Below, piece after piece: positions 1 to 11,700 of a stretch of DNA of 64,000 nt. The notes beneath the pieces were generated by a model. That model was not told where the DNA came from. It worked only from the letters and a program-made list of their open reading frames with translations, and ran no database searches. Position 1 is the first letter of the stretch. Every line of letters begins with the position of its first letter. The position numbers and the translations under genes were made by a program. Source of the stretch: Malacoraja senta (taxonomy: Eukaryota); contig CM075993.1 of the NCBI GenBank assembly GCA_038087875.1, positions 11,844,001 to 11,908,000 on the forward strand, written 5' to 3'.

Positions 1-214
1 AGCCTGCTATAATCATAACTAATTAACTATCTTCAGAGTCATATCAGAAACATTGAATTCTCCAATGTCAAGTAATACATCCCTCCACTCACATTTCCCT
101 CCATCTCAGACTTAACTCCACCCATCTGCCATGTGCCCCTGACCCTCAGCAATAGTCACTTCTCACATGCCAGGCTTTGCCCCACTCCCACCCCTTTTCC
201 AGCATTCTCTCCCC

Positions 215-1370
215 ATCTCTATCAGTCTTTTAGCCCAGCGTATACACCTCTGCAAGATCTACCCTCATCCTCCTGCATTACAATGAATAAAATGCTAGTC
301 AACCCAACCTCTCCCCAGCTCATGCACTCATGTCCTGGCAACATCCTCGCAAATCTGCTCTGCACTCATTACAGCTGAACATCATCTTTCCTGCAGCAGG
401 ATGACAAAAACTGAACACAGTATTTAAAATGTGGCTTCACCAACGTCTTGCACAACTCTAACATAACATCCCAAATGCTATACACAATACCCTGACTGTT
501 AAAGGCCAATGGGCTGAAAACCTTATTGACCACCCTATCTACCTGTGATGCCACTTTCAAGGATTTATGCACCTGCATTCCTAGATCCCTCTGCTCCACA
601 ACACTCCACACAGCCCGAGATCCACTGTGAAGTTCCTGCCCTGGTTTGAGTACCCACAACTCCGTTAAGCAACTGATCAAGATACTGCTGTAATTTTTGA
701 TAACCATTTTTACTATCTACACCACCTACTTTAGTGTCATCTGCAGACTTACTAATCATGCCGTGTACATTCTCATCCAAATAGTTGATATAAACCACAA
801 ACAGCAATAGGCCCAACACCAATCCCTGAGGCACACCACTAATCACAGGCCTCCAGTCTGAAAACTCCATCATCCTCTGCTTCCTTCCATGAAGCCAATA
901 TTCTATCCAATTGTCTAGCTCCCTAGATCCTATGCAATCTAACCATCCAGAGCAGCTTACCAAATGCCTGATGAAATCCTTGTTGGTTCGTTTACGGCTC
1001 TGCCCTCATCAATCTTTTTGGTGCATATTCAAAAAACTCAGATTTATGAGACATGATCGCCCACATACATGGTTATCCCTAATCAACCCCTGTCTATCCA
1101 ATGCATAAATATCTTATCCCTCAGAATCCTCACCAGTAACTTGCCTACCACAGATATTAGGCTCACTGGTCTATAGTTCCCAGGCTTTCCTTGCAGCCCT
1201 TCTCAAATAGAGGCACAAGATAAGCCATGCTCTAGTCTTCCGACATCACACCCGTATCTAATGATAATTCATATAACTCAGCAAGGCTACCTGTCATTTC
1301 TTCTCTAGCTTTGTAGTGTCCTCGGATATATCTTATCAGGTCCAGGAGATTTGTCTACCTTCATACGCCT
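215..1370 (-). mobile_element. CR1 LINE RT fragment, degenerate
   Basis: GVPQGLVLG, SADDTKVGG and YCVQF motifs in ORFs 369-707 and 565-963. Confidence 0.85.
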
Positions 1371-1515
1371 TGACGTTCAGATACAGATACAGTAGATGAG
1401 GTTGGAGGAGGTGCAAGTGAACCTCTGCCTAACCTGAAAGGACTGTCAGAGTCCCTGGACAGAGTCGAGGGAGGAGGTATAGCGTCAGGTGTTGCATCTT
1501 CTGTGGTTGCAGGGG

Positions 1516-2895
1516 AATCTTCTGGAATATTTTGAGGATGTAACTAGGAAAATGGAGAAGGGAGAGCCAGGAGATGTAGTGTACCTGGACTTTCAGAAAA
1601 CCTTTGATAAGGTCCCATCTAGGAGATTAGTAGGCAAAATTAGAGCACATGGTATTGGGGGTGGGATACTGACATGGATAGAAAATTGGTTGGCAGACAG
1701 TATTGATTTAGAGTCCTTGTAATAATAATGACCTCACACCATGTCAGGTTATAGAGTTTATTAGGAATAAGCAACTACAACTTCTCACTTGAGAGTTGAC
1801 TTTTTAGACTAACGGAGTGCAGTAGAACGCGACGCTAACAAGCTAGTGGGCGTACCTGCATGACTCGTAGCATGAGCCACTAATCTACAGACAGGAAACA
1901 AAGTGTAATGATTAACAGGTCCCTTTCAGGCAGGCAGTGACTAGTGGGGTACCGCAAGGCTCGGTGCTGGGACCGCAGCTATTTACAATATATATTAATG
2001 ATTTAGATGAAGTGATTCAAAGTAACATTAGCAAATTTGCAGATGACACATAGCTAGATGGCAGTGTGAACTGTGAGGAGGATACTATGAGGATGCAGGG
2101 CGACTTGGACAGGTTGGCAGATGCAGTTTAATGTGAATAAATGTGAGGTTATCCACTTTGGTGGCAAGAATAGGAAGGCAGATTATTATCTGAATGGTGT
2201 AAAGTTAGGAAAAGGGGAAGTACAACGAGATCTGGATGTCCTTGTTCATCAGTCACTAAAAGCAGTGAAGAAAGCTAATGGCATGTTGGCCTTCATAACA
2301 AGAGTTGAGTATAGGAGCAAAGAGATCCTTCTGCAGTTGTACAGGGCTCTAGTGAGACCACACCTGGATAATTGTGTGCAGTTTTGGTCGACAAATTTGA
2401 GGAAGGGCATTCTTGCTATTGAGGGAGTGCAGCGTAGGTTCACAAGGTTAATCCCCAGGATGGTGGGACTGTCATATGTTGATAGAATGGAGCGACTAGG
2501 CTTGTATACACTGGAATTTAGAAGGATGAGTTGGATCTTATTGAAACATATAAGATTATTAAGGGATTGGATACGCTAGAGGCAGGAAACATGTTCCAGA
2601 TGTTGGGGGAGTCCAGAACCAGGGGCCACAGTTTAAGAATAAGGGGTACGCCATTTAGAACGGAGACAAGAAAAAACGTTTTCACCCAGCGAGTTGTGAA
2701 TATGTGGAATTCTCTGCAGTGGAGGCCAATTGGATGCTCTCAAGAGAGAGTTAGATAGAGCTCTTAAAGATAGGGGTCTAGGGATATGGGGAGAAGGCAG
2801 GAACGGGGTACTGATTGTGGATGATCATCCATGATCACAGTTAATGGAGGTGCTGGCTCAAAGGGCCGAATGGCCTATTCCTGCACCTATTGCTA
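1516..2895 (+). mobile_element. CR1 LINE 3' half
   Basis: YLDFQKTFDKVP and KCEVIHFG motifs; 3' UTR ending ggccta.tcctgcacctatt. Confidence 0.88.
1701..1889 (-). mobile_element. Short insertion, probable solo LTR, inside a CR1 RT region
   Basis: Interrupts CR1 WLADR|KQRV; direct repeat gacag at 1696-1700 and 1890-1894; minus strand begins TGTAG and contains AATAAA. Confidence 0.55.
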
Positions 2896-2898
2896 TTG

Positions 2899-3588
2899 AA
2901 GGTACCTGAGGGGGTGGTTTGGGTGGGAAGGGATGAGTTAACCAGGGAGTTGCAGAGGGAACGGTCTCTGTGGAAGGTGGAAAGGGGTGGAGATGGGAAA
3001 ATGTGGCTAGTGGTGGGATCCCGTTGGAGGTGGCGGAAATTTCGGAGGATTAAGTGTTATATGTGATGGCTGAAGAGGTGGAAGGTAAGGACTAGGGGGA
3101 TTGTCTCTTCTGCGACTAGGGGGAGGGGGAGCAAGGGCGGAACTGTAGGGTACTGAGGATACACGAGTGAGAGCCTCATCTATGATGGGAGAGGTGAACC
3201 CCTGTTCCCTAAAGAATGAGGACATCTCTGATGTTCTTGAATGGAACACCTCATCTTGGGCGCAGATGCGGCGTAGACGGAGGATTTGGGAGTAATGGAG
3301 AGTTTTTGCAGGAGGTAGGGTGGGAAGAAGTGTAGTCGAGATAGTTGTGGGAACCTCATCTACTGTATCCGTTGTTCCAGATGTGGACTCTTATATATCG
3401 GCGAGACCAAATACAGACTAGGCGGTCGTTCCGCGGAACACCTTCGCTCAGCCCGCGTGAACCAACCTGATCTCCCAGTTGCTGGACACTTTAATTCTCC
3501 TTCCCATTCCTGCACTGACCTTTCTGTCCTCAGTTTCCTCCATTGTCAGTGAGGCTAAACGGAAGTGAGGAACAGCATCTCATATTTC
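2899..3588. mobile_element. Penelope-like element fragment: RT C-terminus on minus (2899-3351) joined to GIY-YIG endonuclease on plus (3352-3588)
   Basis: Plus strand reads NLIYCIRCSRCGLLYIGETKYRL..R..EHLRS..PVAGHFNS. Minus strand reads HNYLDYTSSHP.SCK and FFREQGF..IIDEAL. Confidence 0.85.
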
Positions 3589-4210
3589 CCCATCGTTTAA
3601 GAGACAGTTAGACAGGTACATGGATAGGACAGGTTTGGAGGGTTCTGGACGAAGTGCAGGCAGGTGGGACTAGTGTAGCTGGGACATTGTCAGCTGTGGG
3701 CAAGTTGGGCTGAAGGGCCTGTTTCCACACTGTGTCACTCTGTCACTCTATGACCTGAATTGTTTGCTCTGGAACATTGGAGTGGCATAGATAGGCAAAA
3801 TTGTGAGGGCCATAGATGAGATACACAGTCAGAATGTTATTCCCCAGGGTGGAAATGTCCAACACCAGAGCTTTAAGGTGAGACGAGAAAAGTTTAATGG
3901 AGATGAGCAGGGCAAGGTTTTTTTGGGCACAGAGGGTGGTGGGGCCCTGGAACGCATTGCCAGGGGTCGTGGTGGTGGAGGCTGATACAATAGTGGCGTT
4001 TAAGAGGCTTTTAGATAGGCACATGGAAGTGCAGGGAATAGAGGGGATATGGATTATGTGCAGGCAGACAAGATCAGTTCAGCTTGGTATCATGTTCGGC
4101 ACAAACATTGCGGGCCGAATGGCCTGTTCCTGTGCCTTACTGTTCTACAATTCACAGTGAAATGATGTTAGCAAGAAGACAAATAACTGAAAGCTTTTAT
4201 ATTCCATGAA

Positions 4211-4500
4211 GTTTAGTTTAGTTTAGAGTAGGAGCACGGAAACAGGCCCTCCGGCCCACCAAATCTGTGCCAACCAGCAATCCCCACACACTAACACTAT
4301 CGTACACACACTAGGGACAATTTACAATTATACCAAGCCAATTAACTCACAAACTTGGAGTATGGGAGGAAACCGGAGCACCCGGAGGAATCCCACGCTG
4401 TCACAGTGAGAACGTACAAACTCCATACGGATAGCACCTGTAATCAGGATCAAACCCGGCTCTCTGGCCCTGCAAGGCAGCAACTCTACCGCTGCGCCAC
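4211..4500 (-). mobile_element. tRNA-derived V-SINE (HE1-like)
   Basis: A-box/B-box head (GGCGCAGCGGTAGAG, GGTT.GATCC), V-domain, CR1-type 3' tail and (CTAAA)n. Confidence 0.85.
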
Positions 4501-4511
4501 TATGCACTAAC

Positions 4512-4809
4512 CTCTAACATGTAGGTGAGACGATATGGTAGAAGGTTGCGAATGAGAACTGTGGGGCGGAGATGAATGATATAGGCTGGATCCCACTCAT
4601 CTTCACCAAGGTTACTGATGAAGTTCAGCTCATCTGGAATGGCAATGGTGTTTACTATGAGCGGTAAATAGCCGGTGTCAGTGGAAGGACATTGTAGGAT
4701 ACACTGAATCTCTGTGCTCCTGTGAATTTCTTCCTTCCATGTGATGTACGTTGTTGTTGCTTTGAACTTATTCTCCAGCTCTCCTGCTGGCTTTAAAAAC
4801 AAGTGGTCT
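4512..4809 (-). CDS. VPS13C: VPS13C exon (DHLFLKPAG...TTYITWKEEIHRS...AYIIHL...RNLLPY...LE); last in window
   Basis: VAB-repeat RNLLPY motif; ttctgttttag acceptor, GTTAGT donor; 298 bp, phase 2 to 0. The gene continues beyond both window edges. Confidence 0.95.
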
Positions 4810-5960
4810 CTAAAACAGAAGACAACAATTAATGCTCCATACAATGAACCAGAGGTTGTGAACCTTACACTTTATTCCTACATGCAAAGGGAAAACATAT
4901 TTCTACTTTCTTCTACCCAGAGTAGAGGATCCAAGAACTAAAGGGCATGGGTTAAAGGTGAGAGGGGAGAGATTTCATAGGAATCCGAGAGACAACTTTT
5001 TCACACAGACGGTGGTGGGAATAGGTAACGAGCTGCCAGAGGAGGTAGCTGAGGCAGGTACAATAACAACATTTAAAAGGCATTTGGACAGGTACATGGA
5101 TAGGAAAGGTTTACAGGGATAAGGACTGAAAGCGGGCAGGTGGTTAATGGGGCATCTTGGTCGGCATGGGCAAGATGAGCCGAAGGGCCTGTTTTAGTGC
5201 TGTAAGACTAAACAAGCTATAGATCCTTTGCATTGCCTGGGTTTTGGATATTAAAGGGTTATGCAATAAACGCAAACTAATCTCTCTCACTTTGCTGTTT
5301 GCTTGCAAGCTTGTTAAGCTACATAGCAAAGTCATTTGATTGCAAAGTTGCTTCTTCAGATGGGAAGAATACACAGATACGCATGCATCAAGGAGCATTA
5401 AATCTTGGACAGTCAGGCAGGATGGAATGCTAGCCGTTAAAGAAAGCTACTTATTTACCCTGTCCCCGCACCACAAATTACACTCATAGCGAGAAATCAG
5501 TTATATTCATGATTCTAACACTATAGGAACTCAAGCGGGTCAGGTAGCATCGGTAGAGTGAGTGGACAACTAATGTTTGGGACCCTTCGTCAGGTCTGTC
5601 CAGTCCTTCCACAGATGCTGCCTGACCCAGAAGGTCCTCCAGCACCTGACGTTCTGCTCAAGATTCCTGCATCTGTAATCGCTTGCATTTCCATGTTGCT
5701 GACTTTCCCAACACTGGGCAGAGGGTTTACGATTTTGAGAATTTCCTGTCAATATAACCTACCACATAGAGACAGACACAGGGGACTGCAGATGCTGGAA
5801 TTGTGCACAGAACACAAATTTAATGAGTAACTCAGTGAGTCAGGCAGCATCTGTGGAGGGCATGAATGGGTGTGACGTTTCGAGTCTTTAGACTGTTGGA
5901 GGAAGAGGGGAGAAAGCTGGTAAAGAGAGATGAGAGGAAGGTGGGATGAAACTGGCAAGG

Positions 5961-6275
5961 TTTAATTTAGTTTAGTTTGGAGATACATCGTGGAAACAGG
6001 CCCTTCGGCCCACCGGGTCCGCGCCGACCAGCGATCCCCGCACATTAACACTATCCTACACCCACTAGGGACAATTTTTACATTTATCAAGCCAATTAAC
6101 CTACAAACCTGTACGTCTTTGGAGTGTGGGAGGAAACCGAAGATCTCGGAGAAAACCCAAACAGATCACGGGGAGAATGTACAAACTCCATACAGGCAGC
6201 ACCCGTAGTCAGGATTGAACCTGGGACTCTGGCGCTGCATCCGCTGTAAGGCAGCAACTCTACCGCTGCGCCATC
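5961..6275 (-). mobile_element. V-SINE (HE1-like)
   Basis: Same consensus as the 4211 copy. Confidence 0.85.
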
Positions 6276-6390
6276 AAGACCGCCCTAAAGGTGATAGGTG
6301 GATATTAATACGGAGAGGCATTTGGCAGATGAGTGGTTGGCATATTCTGCTTGGGTAGCCTGCAAGTCAAAGGCACAAACCCACCCACGG

Positions 6391-6710
6391 CGGCATGGTG
6401 GGGCAGCGGTAGAGTTGCTGCCTTACAGCGCCGGAGTCCCACGTTCCATCCCGACTACAGGTGCTGTCTGTACGGAGTTTGTACGTTCTCCCCGTGACCG
6501 GCGTGGGTTTTCTCCGAGATCTTCGGTTTCTCCCCACACTCCAAAGACGTACAGGTTTGTAGGTTAATTGGCTTGGTAAATGTAAAAATTGTCCCCAGTG
6601 TGTGTAGGATAGTGTTAATAATCGTGTTAATATGCGGGAATCGCTGGTCGGCGCGGTCCCTGTGGGCCGAAGGGCCTGTTTCCACGCTGTATCTCTAAAC
6701 TAAATTAAAC
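6391..6710 (+). mobile_element. V-SINE (HE1-like)
   Basis: ggcagcggtagagttgctgccttacagc...gtttgtacgttctccccgtg...gggccgaagggcctgtttcc...ctaaactaaa. Confidence 0.85.
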
Positions 6711-7720
6711 CCATCCCTCTTCTCCACCTTGTGTAGGAGAGAAAGGGTCTCGACCCGAAACGTCACCCATCCCTTCTCTCCAGAGATACTGCCTGTCCCG
6801 CTGAGTTACTCATTTTGTGTTGACCTCTTCTCCTCCTTGTTCCCTTTCACCCTCCCTTGTGCTCATCTAACTCCCACTGCTTCCCTCTCTCACCCAATTC
6901 CTTTCCCTTCCCTTTTTGCTCATCCCCCCATCCCTCTCTACTGGAATACCCTATTTTCCTTTTCTCCCCCCTCTTTCACCTCCTCCCCCTCGCCCTACAC
7001 CCACTTTCCTGCCCTGCTGCTTCACACCATTCCCCCTCTTCTTTCTTTATCTGGAACCTTTCTATCTCTATTTCATCCCAAGCCCTTGTTACGCTCTGCA
7101 TCCTCTGCCACCTATCATCCACATTTCACTTGCTAGCTTTTGCCCCATCTGTTGCCCTGACCTCTCTTTCCCAGCTTTCTCCTTTCTACTACATCAGTCT
7201 GAAGAAAGGTCCCATCCCAAAGTGTAGTCTGTCCATTGCCCTCCACAAATGCTGCCTGACCCACCGAGTTCCTCTAACATTTTGTTTTTTTGCTCAGGAT
7301 TGCTCAGGTTCCTCTAACATTTTGCTCAGGATTGCAGCATCTGCAGTCTCGTGCCTCCATTACGTACTGATCATTGACAAATAACAGACCTAGATGATGG
7401 TCTCTCTCGGGAGTGAACTTGCACTGATAAAATAATTTAGAAAATAAATCTAATGGTGAAGTTGATTGTTGACACATATGCATAAAATTCATGGACCACA
7501 CTGCGTTGATTGTGGCAGTTCCAATGGAACCATCCCCTCTCCAGCCCCGATCTGTGCTCCTGCCTGATCAGTGTAGGAAGGAACTGCAGATGCTGGTTTA
7601 CACTGAAGATAGACAGAAAAATGCTGGAGTAAATTACCTGGACAGGCAGCAGCCCTGGAGAGAAGGAATGGGTGATGTTTCTGGTCGAGACCCTTCTTCA
7701 CACTATTCTCCAATTTTAGC

Positions 7721-7748
7721 CTGAAGAAGGGTCTTGATCCGAAACGTC
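7721..7748 (+). ncRNA. Hammerhead ribozyme motif in a fold-back PLE-derived unit
   Basis: CTGAAGAAGGGTCTTGATCCGAAACGTC. Confidence 0.68.
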
Positions 7749-7880
7749 ACCCATTCCTTCTCTCCAGAGATGCTGCCTGTCCCGCTGAGTTACTACAGCA
7801 CTTTCTGTCTATCCCCTATCTGATACAGTTGGTTTACCTCCTTACTCCAACATATACAAATACTTTAATAAATTCCCTAC

Positions 7881-8002
7881 CTGTACGAGTCTAAAGGCAC
7901 ATGGAACTCCTCTTCCGGACTGACCACACCAATCTGCTGCAGTGACTGCTCAGACGGAACTAATTTATAGACTATAAAGGAGATGGAGAAGTGGTTCTTT
8001 AT
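7881..8002 (-). CDS. VPS13C: VPS13C exon (IKNHFSISFIVYKLVPSEQSLQQIGVVSPEEEFHVPLDSYR)
   Basis: Manual translation; IKNHFSI and PEEEFHVPLDSYR match VPS13C; 122 bp, phase 0 to 2. Confidence 0.95.
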
Positions 8003-8313
8003 CTATGATAAATAAAACAGAGCATTTCATTATTTACACCAGTCTCTGACGTGACTACATCTTTAAGCAAAGTGCTGGAGTAATTGAGTGGGTCAGACAG
8101 TTAAGCAGTATCTTTGGGAAGTTCCGTGAACGGTACGTGTGAGTTGGGCCTGTTTCCATGCTGTCTCACTTTACAGATCAAGGCAGTAAACATTTAGAGT
8201 CACCGACTCTTCCCTGGTTCCAGCTTCCTAAAATACAACTGGTTCTCGTTTTGCATCAAATTCACTTCAGTGTGGACAATAATCTCAAATAAACTAACTC
8301 ACTGTATTAGTGA

Positions 8314-8703
8314 AGGGCCTGTCCCACGAGCATGCGACTGCATGCGGCAAGCGCGACCAAACCGGAAGTGGGGGCTGCGCGGAGGTCGAGTGATCCCGTA
8401 CGAGTTGACGTGAAGTTCGAGCGAAGTCCGCGGGAAGTGCGTGCGTGACGTATGGCATCAAGACGCTGCGTACGGCGTCGAGACGCTGCACACGCCCGTC
8501 GAGGCGGTGCGTACAGCCTCAATGCGGCTGCGGGTCGACAGGCCGCTGCTGCGCGGAATTTTTGAACAGTGTCAGTTTTTCGGGACCAACTCCATACAGC
8601 ACCAGCGATCGAAGTGGGACCGGCCCCGCGAGGCCGTACGGCTCAAGCGACCACGTTATGTCGCGCTTGCCGCATGCAATCGCATGCTCGTGGGACAGGC
8701 CCT
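8314..8703. mobile_element. PIF/Harbinger-like MITE
   Basis: TIRs AGGGCCTGTCCCACGAGCATGCGA... of about 45 bp; 3-bp TSD TGA; CpG-rich, so probably young. Confidence 0.8.
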
Positions 8704-8762
8704 TGAGGCATTGAAGACAATACTAGCAGTGTAATTGATATGGAGAGCTAAAGTGAACAATG

Positions 8763-11700
8763 TCCAAGATATCCTGAAAGGGCAGGGAGAGGAGCCCGAG
8801 GTCGTGGTACATATAGGTACCAATGACATAGGTAAAAAAAGAGAAGAGGTCCTGAAAGGAGAATTTAGGGAGTTAGGAGGGGAGTTAAAGAGAAGGACAG
8901 CAAAGGTAACAATCTCGGGATTACTGCCTGTGCCACGCGACAGTGAGAGTAGGAATGGAGCGAGGTGGAGGATAAATGCGTGGCTGAAGGACTGGTGCAG
9001 AAGGCAGGGATTCAAATTTCTGGATCATTGGGACCTCTTTTGTGGAAGGTTCGACCTGTACAAAAAGGATGGGTTGAACTTGAACCTGAGGGGGACTGAT
9101 ATCCTGGCGGGGAGATCGGCAAAGGCTACTGGGGAGACTTTAAACTAGAATGGTTGGGGGGAGGGACTCAAATAGAGAAATCTATTAGACAGTGTGTGAG
9201 GCAGGAGGCAGAGAAGGAAAGCACTCAGACCCAACATGTAGGGGGGGAAGAAGAAAACAATAATAAACAGAGAATAAGAGGTGGTGGGGTTCTTAAATGG
9301 GTGAGCAGAGAAACAGAGGGGTGTAAAATGCGGGCGGAAGCAATAGGTAGCAAGGTGAAAAGTAAAAGTGGCAGGCAGACAAATCCAGGGCAAAAATCAA
9401 AAAGGGCCACTTTTCAACATAATTGTATAAGGGGTAAGAGCGTTGTAAAAACAAGCCTGAAGGCTTTGTGCCTCAATGCAAGGAGCATTCGTAATAAGGT
9501 GGATGAGTTGAACGTGCAGATAGCAATTAATGATTATGATATAGTTGGGATCACGGAGACATAGCTCCAGGGTGACCAAGGCTGGGAGCTGAACATCCAG
9601 GGATATTCAATATTCAGGAGGGATAGAGAGAAAGGAAAAGGAGGTGGGGTAGCGTTGCTGGTTAGAGAGGAGATTAACGCAGTGGAAAGGAAGGACATTA
9701 GCTTGGAGGATGTGGAATCGGTATGGGTAGAGCTGCGAAACACTAAGGGACAGAAAACGCTGGTGGGTGTTGTGTACAGGCCACCTAGCAGTAGTAGTGA
9801 AGTTGGGGATGGCATCAAACAGGAAATTAGAAATGCGTGCAACAAAGGCAAAACAGTTATAATGGGTGACTTCAATCTACATATAGATTGGGTGAATCAA
9901 ATTGGCAGGGGTGCTGAGGAAGAGGATTTCTTGGAATGTATGCGAGATAGTTATCTAAACCAACATGTAGAGGAACCAACGAGAGAGCAGGCTATTCTAG
10001 ACTGGGTATTGAGTAATGAGGAAGGGTTAGTTAGCAGTCTTGTTGTGCGTGCCCCCTTGGGCAAGAGTGACCATAATATGGTTGAGTTCTTCATTAGGAT
10101 GGAGAGTGACATTGTTAATTCAGAAACAACGGTTCTGAACTTAAAGAAAGGTAACTTTGAGGGTATGAGACGTGAATTGGCCAAGATTGACTGGCAATTA
10201 GTTCTAAAAGGGTTGACGGTGCATATGCAATGGAAGGCATTTAAAGACTGCATGGATGAACTACAAAAATTGTTCATCCCAGTTTGGCAAAAGAATAAAT
10301 CAGGGAAGGTAGTGCATCCGTGGATAACAAGGGAAATCAGGGATAGTATCAAACCAAAAGATGATGCGTACAAATTAGCCAGAAAAAGCAGCATACCAGA
10401 GGACTGGGAGAAATTCAGAGACCAGCAGAGGAGGACAAAGGGCTTAATTAGGAAAGGGAAAATAGATTATGAAAGGAAACTGGCAGGGAACATAAAAACT
10501 GACTGCAAAAGTTTTTATAGATATGTGAAGAGAAAGATATTAGTTAAAACAAATGTAGGTCCCTTGCAGTCAGAAACAGGTGAATTGATCATGGGGAACA
10601 AGGATATGGCGGACCAATTGAATAACTACTTTGGTTCCGTCTTCACTAAGGAAGACATAAATAATCTGCCGGAAATAGCAGGGGGCCGCGGGTCAAAGGA
10701 GATGGAGGAACTGAGTGAAATCCAGGTTAGTCGGGAAGTGGTGTTGGGTAAATTGAATGGATTAAAGGCCGATAAATCACCAGGGCCAGATAGGCTGCAT
10801 CCCAGAGTACTTAAGGAATTAGCTCCAGAAATAGTGGATGGATTAGTGATCATTTTTCAAAACTCTTTAGATTCTGGAGTAGTTCCTGAGGATTGGAGGG
10901 TAGCAAACGTAACCCCACTTTTTAAGAAGGGAGGGAGAGAGAAAACGGGGAATTACAGACCAGTTAGTCTAACATCGGTAGTGGGGAAACTGTTAGAGCC
11001 ACTTATTAAAGATGGGATAGCAGCACATTTGGAAAGTGGTGAAATCATTGGACAAAGTCAGCATGGATTTACGAAAGGTAAATCGTGTCTGACGAATCTT
11101 ATAGAATTTTTCGAGGATGTAACGAGTAGAGTGGATAGGGGGAAACCAGTGGATGTGTTGTATCTGGACTTTCAGAAGGCTTTCGACAAGGTACCACATA
11201 AGAGATTAGGATACAAACTTAAATCACACGGTATTGGGGGTTCAGTATTGATGTGGATAGAGAACTGGCTGGCAAACAGGAAGCAAAGAGTAGGAGTAAA
11301 CGGGTCCTTTTCACAATGGCAGGCAGTGACTAGTGGGGTACCGCAAGGCTCAGTGCTGGGACCCAAGCTATTTACAATTTATATTAATGAACTGGATGAG
11401 GGAATTGAAAGCAACATCTCCAAGTTTGCGGATGACACTAAGCTGGGGGGCAGTGTTAGTTGTGAGGAGGATGCTAGGAGACTGCAAGGTGACTTGGATA
11501 GGCTGAGTGAGTGGGCAAATGTTTGGCAGATGCAGTATAATGTGGATAAATGTGAGGTTATCCACTTTGGTGGCAAAAACGGGAAGGCAGACTATTGTCT
11601 AAATGGTGGCCGATTAGGAAATGGGGAGATGCAGCGAGACCTGGGTGTCATGGTACACCAGTCATTGAAAGTAGGCATGCAGGTGCAGCAGGCAGTGAAG

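Noticed and set aside
6391..6470. tRNA gene
   Set aside because: It is the tRNA-derived head of a SINE, continuing into the V-domain and LINE tail; no full cloverleaf evident.
6729..7384. Pro/Ser/Leu/Phe-rich ORFs (also 27822-28310 and 31786-32166)
   Set aside because: Translations of pyrimidine-rich Penelope 3' regions.
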